Part shown: in pieces, positions 36,535 to 43,665 of the stretch
Layout: each line of letters starts with the position of its first letter
Numbering within the stretch: position 1 is the first letter of the stretch
From: Micromonosporaceae bacterium
GTDB lineage: Bacteria; Actinomycetota; Actinomycetes; Mycobacteriales; Micromonosporaceae
DNA length: 56,391 nt
Assembly (NCBI GenBank): GCA_016926535.1
Contig: JAFGOK010000088.1
Coordinates: 1 to 56,391 of the forward strand
Direction: 5' to 3'
Program-made: the position numbers and the translations under genes
Notes under the pieces: generated by a model
The model's input: only the letters and a program-made list of their open reading frames with translations
Told to the model about the DNA's origin: nothing
Database searches by the model: none

Positions 36535-37284
36535 TCATGCGCCAGGCTCGGCGGCACAACCGCTGGCCGGTCGGCGCTGGTGATGATCGCGACGGCGGAC
36601 GCGTGGGCGCCGCGAGTCGTCGTCGACGGTCGGGGCATCCAGCCTGGCGTCGTAGACGGCCACGCCGTCGCCGCTGGCCTTGGCCCGGTACAGTGCCCGG
36701 TCGGCGCGGGAGAGCAGGTGCCGCCAGCCCGGGGCACCTCCTGCGGTCGTGGTCACGCCGATACAGGCCCGTGGCCGCAGCGTGGCCGCCCCGATCCGCA
36801 CGGGGTGAGCCAGCGTGGTCAGCACCGGAGCGGTCACGCTGGCCGGGTCGCCGCCGAGGTCAGGCAGCAGGAGCAGGAATTCGTCTCCGCCCAGCCGGGC
36901 GGCGAAGCCCTCTGGCGCGGTTGCGACGCTCAGCCGGGCCGCGACGATGGTGAGCAGGTCATCGCCGGTGGGGTGGCCGTAGATGTCGTTGACGGACTTG
37001 AACTGGTCGAGGTCGAGGAGCGCGAGCAGGAACGGGCGGCCACCGTCGAGGCGGCGAGTGACTTCGGCGAGGGCGGCCCGCCGGTTGGGTAGCCCGGTCA
37101 GCGGGTCGCGGAAAGCGTCTGAGCGCCAGGCCGCGGCCTCGGCCATGGCACTGGCCAGGTGGCGGCTGTGCCAGCGGCGGGTGACGGCGATCCCGGTGAG
37201 GGTGCCGGCAGCGTAGCCGATGACGAGGGCCGCCGGCACGGCTGGAAGCCGCTGGCGGTCGATGGGGTGCGCGTGGTGGAACAT
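36535..37284 (-). CDS. Membrane-anchored GGDEF diguanylate cyclase
   Basis: ATG 37284. One N-terminal TM. DPLTGLPNRRA, LDLDQFKSVNDIYGHPTGD and RLGGDEFLLLL motifs. No RxxD I-site at the canonical -5 position. Confidence 0.8.
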   Translation of the reverse strand: MFHHAHPIDRQRLPAVPAALVIGYAAGTLTGIAVTRRWHSRHLASAMAEAAAWRSDAFRDPLTGLPNRRAALAEVTRRLDGGRPFLLALLDLDQFKSVNDIYGHPTGDDLLTIVAARLSVATAPEGFAARLGGDEFLLLLPDLGGDPASVTAPVLTTLAHPVRIGAATLRPRACIGVTTTAGGAPGWRHLLSRADRALYRAKASGDGVAVYDARLDAPTVDDDSRRPRVRRRDHHQRRPASGCAAEPGA

Positions 37285-37369
37285 TGGGGTACTCCCTGTC
37301 TGTGAGGGAGACCGGGGGCCGGCGGGCCGGCCAAGGGCGCCTGCCCCCGGGCATCCGTGGAGATCGGGG

Positions 37370-38254
37370 TCAGGCGGTGAGGCTTGCCGGGGCAGGGCCC
37401 GGCTCGATCGATGCGGGCGGCAGGTTGAGGTCGTGCAGCAGCCTGCGCGCGGTGCGGATGACGGTTTCGGCGGTGTCGCGGATGAGCTGCTGGTCACCGC
37501 GCGCCCAGGTGCCGATGTAGTCCAGGGAGGCCGGCGCGGCATCCATGCCGGCGGCGGTGGTGATGATGTATGCCACGGATTCGGCCTGGATTTCCGCGGT
37601 ACTGCGGCGGGTATGGTCGCTGGTGTCGAGGTGGCCGCAGGCGATGTGCCCGAGTTCGTGGGCCAGGGTGAGCGCGTCCTGGGCTGGTGACTGGCCGGGC
37701 AGGATGGTGACGGTGCGGTCGGCGCGAGCGGTGATGCCGAACGCGGGCCGGCAGTCGCCGTAGCGCACCTGGTAGCCCAGCTTGGTGAGTTGTCTGGTCA
37801 ACGCGTCGCGCAGCCCGTCGGGGACGCATCCGTCGACGGCGGTGCTGGCTGGAATGGGCGGCCCGTCGGTCTGGCTGATGTCGAACACGGCCACCGCCCT
37901 GAAACCGACGATCTCGCTGCGGCCGCGGTCGGGCTCACCGAGGCTGGTCGCGTCGCCGGTGGCGGCGGGTCCAGTGGTGTCGTTGCTGCCCCGGCGTACC
38001 AGCGGGGCGAGGATGTAGATGCCGTGCTCGCCGCGGCGGACGTGCCGGCCGGCTTTGCGCCATGCCTGGTAGCCGGCCACCACCGTGGCATCCGGGCATT
38101 GCTGGCCGATGAGCAGGGTGTTGCCGAGCGAATATCGGCTGCCTGTTCTCGCCGACAGCGCCAGCAGGGCCCGCCACTGGGGGTCTCCGCCCAACGCGGC
38201 GATGCCGTCGGCGATCTGCTGGTGCAGGTGTGCTACCTGGTCGGTGCTGGTCAT
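37370..38254 (-). CDS. ArdC-like ssDNA-binding N-domain fused to HExxH metallopeptidase
   Basis: ATG 38254 with GAGGAGGA SD. YSLGNTLLIGQQCPDATVVAGYQAWRKAGRHVRRGEHGIYILAP (ArdC/DUF1738 pattern) and LAHELGHIACGH. Confidence 0.7.
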   Translation of the reverse strand: MTSTDQVAHLHQQIADGIAALGGDPQWRALLALSARTGSRYSLGNTLLIGQQCPDATVVAGYQAWRKAGRHVRRGEHGIYILAPLVRRGSNDTTGPAATGDATSLGEPDRGRSEIVGFRAVAVFDISQTDGPPIPASTAVDGCVPDGLRDALTRQLTKLGYQVRYGDCRPAFGITARADRTVTILPGQSPAQDALTLAHELGHIACGHLDTSDHTRRSTAEIQAESVAYIITTAAGMDAAPASLDYIGTWARGDQQLIRDTAETVIRTARRLLHDLNLPPASIEPGPAPASLTA

Positions 38255-38517
38255 TGGTCCTCCTCGGGACGGACAGGCCCCGGGCCGTGGTCGGCTTGGG
38301 AGCTCGGGAGAACCAGCACGCGACGCGGTGTCTCGCCCTCTCGGGGGCGGGACCACGGTCTGGTGTGGTTCCCCCGAGATCGGGGAGAGGTAAGGGAAAG
38401 TGGACGGTCGCACCAGTGCCCGGTGCGGGCCCATGGTGCGGACGATGCGGATGATGCGGATGGTGTTGCGATCAGCTGGTGTTGACGTCCGGGACCGGGC
38501 CGTCGACCACCGCGGGA

Positions 38518-39300
38518 CTACGAGTGCAGTGACCAGGTGCCGGGGCGTGCTGCCGCCAGCGGGTAGGAGGGGATGTGCTGGTGGTCACCTACTGCCGCAC
38601 CGGTGTGCGGCGGCCGAGCGGCGCCGTCATCAGCGATGAGAGCGTCACAGCCGTCGATGGTGCAGCGGCGGGTGACCTGGTGGAAGATGAGGCCGCAGGT
38701 CAGGCCGCTGCTGGCACGGACGAACAGTGACAGCGGCCCGTCCCCGCTGAGGCGGAGGTCACTGCCGGCGTTGATCGTCAGCAGGACGGTCAGGTTCCGG
38801 TGCCAGCTGTGCAGCGCGGTCTGGTAGACCTCGGATATGGGGCCGTAGTAGCGGTGCAGTTGGTCCAGGTGCGCCTCGCAGTTGGTGATCACATCGATCG
38901 CGTCGCGGGTGAGCGTGATCCGGAACTCGGCGGGCCGGTAGTCGGGCAGGCGAAGATCCGGTGCCGGCACGCTTGGGTCGTCGTACTGGCCGGGCAGCAG
39001 GCCGGTGGCCAGTGCCAGACCGATCTCGGCGGCGGTTCCCCAGGCCTCGGCCCGGCGGGTCATCGCGGTGAGGATTGCCTGCCACTGGCTGGAGGGGAGG
39101 GCATACCGGTCGGGGACGATCGGTTGTGCCGTCGGTCCGGAGCCCGGAGTGGCGAGCAGAGCGTCATACAGGACGCCGAGCGCCAGGACGAGCAACTGCC
39201 GGGTGTCGGCCGCATCGTGGATCATGGTGTGGATGCGGTGGAGCTCGTCAGGGCGGAGGACCCGGCGTATCGGGGTGGTGGAGTTGGCGAACGTGTCCAC
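38518..39300 (-). CDS. Hypothetical protein (ICE, unknown function)
   Basis: GTG 39300 preceded by AAGGAAAGGA. Normal amino-acid composition from VDTFANSTTPIRR onward, whereas the upstream part of the ORF is Arg/Pro-rich. Confidence 0.4.
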   Translation of the reverse strand: MDTFANSTTPIRRVLRPDELHRIHTMIHDAADTRQLLVLALGVLYDALLATPGSGPTAQPIVPDRYALPSSQWQAILTAMTRRAEAWGTAAEIGLALATGLLPGQYDDPSVPAPDLRLPDYRPAEFRITLTRDAIDVITNCEAHLDQLHRYYGPISEVYQTALHSWHRNLTVLLTINAGSDLRLSGDGPLSLFVRASSGLTCGLIFHQVTRRCTIDGCDALIADDGAARPPHTGAAVGDHQHIPSYPLAAARPGTWSLHS

Positions 39301-39358
39301 GGTGGTCCTTTCCTTGCGCCGTGGGCGCCGGTTGATGGTGAGCGATGTTCCTGGCCTG

Positions 39359-40003
39359 TCAGCCAGACAGCAGCGCGGTGACGGTGCCCGGGTCGATGCC
39401 CGCGGCGATGGCTGTGGCGAGTACGCTCGCCAGCCGGTCGGTGGGGTCGGCTCGCAGCGCCCGCCAGACGGCGCTCGCTGCCAGTGGGCTGTCACCGGCC
39501 TGCATCGCTGCGAGGGCGAGCATGACGGCCGGGCCGGCGGTGAAGTCGGGTTCTGCGCGACGGACCAGGTCGATCCACATATCGATCTCCCAAGAGGCCG
39601 CCGTGGTGCCCCGGGCGGCGAATTCGCGAACCTGGGACAGCTCCAGAAGGATTGTCACGAGGGCAGCCTCCTCGTCGTTGGCCACGGCGCCAGTGCGGTA
39701 CCGGTGCCTGACCTGCGTCAGGTAGGTGCGGGCGGCAGCCAGGAGCGCCCGGCCCAGTGGCGTGTCCAGTGACGGCTCCAGCGGCGCGTTCGGGTCAGGG
39801 CTGGCATCCTCGGTAGCGATCGTGACCAGTTCCAGGAGGAACTGCGCGGCTGCGGCGGTGGCGTTCACCATCCGGTCACGGGCCGCGCCGGTGACCGGTG
39901 CGAGACGGGCAGCGACCGCCCGCCATTCGGGCAGAGGGTGCGTGGCCCGCAGCCCGGCTGGGGAATTCCCTCGCGGGGTGGGGCGGTCGGATGGTGAGGT
40001 CAT
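39359..40003 (-). CDS. Hypothetical helical protein (ICE, unknown function)
   Basis: ATG 40003 in ATGA overlap with the GATase stop. AAAGGAAG SD. Confidence 0.4.
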   Translation of the reverse strand: MTSPSDRPTPRGNSPAGLRATHPLPEWRAVAARLAPVTGAARDRMVNATAAAAQFLLELVTIATEDASPDPNAPLEPSLDTPLGRALLAAARTYLTQVRHRYRTGAVANDEEAALVTILLELSQVREFAARGTTAASWEIDMWIDLVRRAEPDFTAGPAVMLALAAMQAGDSPLAASAVWRALRADPTDRLASVLATAIAAGIDPGTVTALLSG

Positions 40004-40839
40004 CGTGTCTTCCTTTCTCTGGGATCCCCTGCGGGAACTGGCCATGCCCGCCGCGGGTGACGGCTGCTGAGGCGTTGATCGGGGACGGCGGGGGTGTAGC
40101 ACTGGCAGTCCTCGGGCATCTGGCCGCAGTCGAGACACCAGCCGCAGTAGGGGCACGCGGTCGCGGCCCAGTCGAGGATGGCGTGGCAGAACGCGCACCG
40201 TTCCGCGGCGGGGTTGGCGTCATCCCAGAGCGGCCAGTCCCAGCCGATTTCGGTGGTGGTCTGCCAGCGGGCGGAGGGCTCGGAGAGGTAGCTGTCGTTG
40301 GAGTACCAGATGCCGTCGTCCCAGATCCCTGATTGTTCGTTGAGGATGTAGGAACGCTGTTTGAAGCGCCGGTCGACGGTGAGAATGACCATCAGGTTGT
40401 GCGGTGTCATCCACCGTTCGAAACGGCGGCGGACGTGCCGCAGGCGCAGCGACCCGAACCGGGGCAGGAAGTCCTCGGCCGTGATGCGGGTGTCCGAGCG
40501 GGGGTCTGCTCTACCTGGCCACACGACGGCTGGTAGCGAACCGTTGTGGGCGATCACGGTGCGAGGATCGGCACCGACAGCGAAGGGGTGGCAGTTGTCG
40601 ACGCTGCGCTCGCCGTGGGTTGCGAAGCGTGAGTGGAACAGCGCCGGACCCTGCGGGTGCTGATGGCGCAGCGCTGCGAACTGCTCGACCATGCATTGCC
40701 CGTCGAGCCCTCGCTGCACGATGAGTTGGTCGCCGTCAACGATGGCGAATCCGTGACCGTCGGGGTTGAGCAGAGCGCCAGCATGCAGTGCCGCGGTCTT
40801 CGCCGGAATCCCGGCGGGCAGGAACGTTAGCAGACACAT
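40000..40839 (-). CDS. Class-II (Ntn) glutamine amidotransferase-like thiol enzyme with C-terminal Cys-rich zinc-ribbon tail
   Basis: Begins MCLLTF, with Cys2 as the nucleophile as in Ntn/GAT-II enzymes. LNPDGHGFA, FHSRFATHG and NCHPF motifs. C-terminus CAFC...CPYCGWCLDC. Confidence 0.65.
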   Translation of the reverse strand: MCLLTFLPAGIPAKTAALHAGALLNPDGHGFAIVDGDQLIVQRGLDGQCMVEQFAALRHQHPQGPALFHSRFATHGERSVDNCHPFAVGADPRTVIAHNGSLPAVVWPGRADPRSDTRITAEDFLPRFGSLRLRHVRRRFERWMTPHNLMVILTVDRRFKQRSYILNEQSGIWDDGIWYSNDSYLSEPSARWQTTTEIGWDWPLWDDANPAAERCAFCHAILDWAATACPYCGWCLDCGQMPEDCQCYTPAVPDQRLSSRHPRRAWPVPAGDPRERKTR

Positions 40840-41975
40840 GACAGGTCCTTCAGTTGCCGGTGGAGGGGGGCGTAGATGGGTCGTTCGGCAAGCCAGCCGG
40901 CGAACGCCGGCCAGTTCCAGGCGCCCTGCCGGGTGACGGCCGGCACAGTGAGCTGGCCGGTGTATTCGATTGAGGCGGAGGCGAACCCCAGCGCGGCCTG
41001 GACCTCGACCGGGTCGAGGGAACTGGCGAAGACCCGCAACTCGAAGGTGTCCCGGTTGCCGGTGTTGATCGCCCGGTAACGTTCGCTGCGGGCGCCTTTG
41101 GCGTAGTCCTTGACCGCCCGCCGGTCGTCGGCGGTGAACGCAGCCCAGCAGGTGGCCGACCGACGGGCCAGTGTCTCGACCTGCTGCTGGTTGCGGTAGA
41201 TGAACTTCATCCATCGATAGGTGTGGCAGGGGGAGATGAAGGCGGCCCGGGAGACGTGCACGTGCAGTCCGGTGTTGTCGGTCGCCGAGGCCCCGCAGCT
41301 GCTGAGCTCGGTGAGCATCTGCCATGGGAAGTTCGCCATCGCCCAGGTGTAGGACATGGGGTGGGTGACGATTTCGAACCCGTTGAGCAGTGAGGCGTCG
41401 GTCTTCAGGTAGCCGAGGTCGCCCAGATGGGCGTGGGCGACCTCGACGCATTCCTCGGTGCGTGCGTAGGGAGTCTCCACCTCGATTTCGGGGCCGAGGA
41501 ACAGCGGTCCGCTGCCGTGGAAGATCGGGGTCGGCTTGTAGTCATAGTCGTAGACGGGGCCAGACCATCGGTTGTTGCGGCAGTCCTCGCAGTCGCAGTC
41601 GTAGTTGTCGGGGTCGTGGCAGTCGTTGCCGCAGCGGTAGCCGTCGCGGTTCCAGCCGTCACAGGCGGGGCATTGCCAGTAGCAGTCGCGCCGGCAGGCG
41701 TCGCAGATCGTTGATCCGCGGACCGTTTCGATGGCGTCGGTCTCCGGCACGGTGGCGTCACACCGGTCGCAGGTGACGCAGTCGGGGCAGTTCGAGCCGG
41801 CCGGGTGCCACTGGTCGCAGCCGGAGCAGCGGGTGTGGTACCGCGCGGCGCAGTCGTCGCAGATGAAGCTGTCGGCGTTCGTGGTGATGCTCGCTGGCCT
41901 GGCCATGCACTGTGCACATCGGATGGTGGCAACGAGATCGGCGGGTACGGACAGTCGTCGGTCGGGGGTAGGCAC
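40827..41975 (-). CDS. Glutamine-synthetase-like amidoligase (Amidoligase_2-type) with N-terminal multi-CxxC zinc-ribbon array
   Basis: GTG 41975 with GAGAGGAA SD. Eight CxxC pairs in the first ~130 aa, then FLGPEIEVE, GFEIVTHP, GLHVHVS and TFELRVF motifs that match my recollection of the amidoligase family. Confidence 0.6.
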   Translation of the reverse strand: MPTPDRRLSVPADLVATIRCAQCMARPASITTNADSFICDDCAARYHTRCSGCDQWHPAGSNCPDCVTCDRCDATVPETDAIETVRGSTICDACRRDCYWQCPACDGWNRDGYRCGNDCHDPDNYDCDCEDCRNNRWSGPVYDYDYKPTPIFHGSGPLFLGPEIEVETPYARTEECVEVAHAHLGDLGYLKTDASLLNGFEIVTHPMSYTWAMANFPWQMLTELSSCGASATDNTGLHVHVSRAAFISPCHTYRWMKFIYRNQQQVETLARRSATCWAAFTADDRRAVKDYAKGARSERYRAINTGNRDTFELRVFASSLDPVEVQAALGFASASIEYTGQLTVPAVTRQGAWNWPAFAGWLAERPIYAPLHRQLKDLSCVC

Positions 41976-42124
41976 TGCTGGGGTTCCTCTCAGACGGAAA
42001 CTCCCGGGCAGGGCCTGATGGCCGTGCCCGGGGTGCGCGGATGCGCGTGGTGGCCGGGCAACGGCCGATCGGTGCGGTGCACCGTGGATGGTGGTTGGCG
42101 CCTGGTGGGCACCGGGCGGCTACT

Positions 42125-42148
42125 GTGAGCCGGTGAGCCGGTGAGCCG
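42125..42148. repeat. (GTGAGCCG)x3 tandem repeat in a 630-bp non-coding region
   Basis: Read directly. A 13-bp direct repeat TGCGCGGATGCGC also occurs at 42034-42046 and 42164-42176. Confidence 0.85.
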
Positions 42149-42604
42149 GTGGCGTCCTCCGACTGCGCGGATGCGCTGGGCGGTCCCTACGCGAACGGCG
42201 CGATGCGTTGGCATGCGTGCCTGACGGCAGATATGCGGGACAACGCGGGTGATGGAGGGTCCGTGCCGGAGTGCGGTGTGCTGGGGTGGTGGCGGGCGCC
42301 GGGATTGACTCGGCGCATGTGGCAGGTCCGCTGTGGCGGCAGTCCGGGAAGGACGGTGTCGGGTGGTGCCGTGGTCGACCGGCCGAGATGGCGGGTGGGC
42401 CGTGCTTCGGCGCCGACGTGCCCTCCGTGACGTGTCTGGGCGAGCGTGCCGGATTGGCTCAGGAAGATAAGCGGTGTGTGAGCCTCTGACGGTAAGGGCG
42501 CCAGCCAGCGCATGCCAGCGCCGCGCGGGCTGCTGTGAGCACATGTGACGGCGTGTGATCCGCGACCGACGGCGCATGGCGCTGTCCTGCGGGAGGGCGG
42601 CGGC

Positions 42605-43555
42605 CTACTGCTGCGAGCCGGACCCAGACTCAAGCTCGTGGTCGAGTGCCGGGTCGTTCAGGTTGGGGGCGAGTTGGAACAGGTCGCCGTGGTCGAAGGG
42701 GAGTTCCGCCAGCCTCTGGCGCGGTTCTGGGGCGGCGATGAGTGCCCACACCCGACCGCCGGGCCCGGGGCCGGTGGGATCGCAGACGGCAGTGGCCACT
42801 GGTACTGGGCCGGTGGGGCGCCGGCGGGCGAACTCGGCGTGCAAGTTGGCCTCGCGACTGCGGCTGGGCAGCCAGAACAGCACCGGGTAGCAGGCACCTC
42901 CCTCGGCGGCGATCTGGTCGTAGGCGGCCAGCTTGCGTACCAGCCGCCACAGGTCTTCGGTGCCCCGGTCGTACTCGACGAAGATCCCGATGACGACGTC
43001 GCGGTCGCGCCAGAGCGCGTGCCCGTCGGGGTGGATGCGCCCGTGGTACCGGCGGGCGGTGTCGTGCTCGGACCACCAGCGCACGAGCCGGGTGTCCGGA
43101 TGGCGGCGGGTGTGGACATGCAGGTCGATGAAGAACTGGTTGGCGCCCAGCCGGTGCGGCAGGGTGGGGCTGTCAGTCAGCTTGTCGTGGCGGGCTCGCA
43201 GCACTCTGGGAGTCGGCGGCTTGGTGTCGCGGCCAGCGGCGGCGATACGCGCGCCGAGCGACCCGATGACCCAGTGCCAGGGCCCGAAGCCGCCGGTGGG
43301 CGTGGGACGGTGGAACCGGTCGACCACGCCCATGGTGTGCAATGTGGCCAGCCGGTGGCTGGCGGTGATGGGGCTGGTGAAGAACGCGGCGGCCAGCTGT
43401 GCGGTGGTCAGTACTCCGTGCTGATCGAGCCATTCGATGATGGTCCGGTCCCGGTTGGTGAGTCGGGACTGAACCGCCAGGATGTCCAGTGACGTTGGCT
43501 GCGGGCCGGGGGGATCCCCCAGAGGGGGATGTCGTGGCGGGCGCGGTTGGCGCAT
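42605..43555 (-). CDS. Replication-relaxation (Replic_Relax) family protein, putative relaxase/initiator
   Basis: ATG 43555 with AAGGAG SD. LTNRDRTIIEWLDQHGVLTTAQLAAAFF...RLATLHTMGVVDRF...HRLGANQFFIDL...PDGHALW...FVEYDRGTE is the family pattern. Confidence 0.65.
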   Translation of the reverse strand: MRQPRPPRHPPLGDPPGPQPTSLDILAVQSRLTNRDRTIIEWLDQHGVLTTAQLAAAFFTSPITASHRLATLHTMGVVDRFHRPTPTGGFGPWHWVIGSLGARIAAAGRDTKPPTPRVLRARHDKLTDSPTLPHRLGANQFFIDLHVHTRRHPDTRLVRWWSEHDTARRYHGRIHPDGHALWRDRDVVIGIFVEYDRGTEDLWRLVRKLAAYDQIAAEGGACYPVLFWLPSRSREANLHAEFARRRPTGPVPVATAVCDPTGPGPGGRVWALIAAPEPRQRLAELPFDHGDLFQLAPNLNDPALDHELESGSGSQQ

Positions 43556-43665
43556 CGGGTGCTCCTTGCTGCTGTTCTCCTGCTGCTGGGGCCGGCAGCG
43601 GGGTCGGCGGTCGGGGACCGGCCCCGCTGCTGATCCGAGGGCTGTCCCAGCCGCCGGGGCGGTCG

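Noticed and set aside
35557-37092. 511-aa plus-strand ORF over the DUF2637 and GGDEF genes
   Set aside because: It is Gly/Arg-rich and antisense to two genes with clear domain motifs.
36535-37284. GGDEF gene considered as part of a CBASS-like cyclic-nucleotide defence system
   Set aside because: It is a canonical GGDEF fold, not a CD-NTase, and no adjacent effector with a cyclic-nucleotide sensor domain is recognisable.
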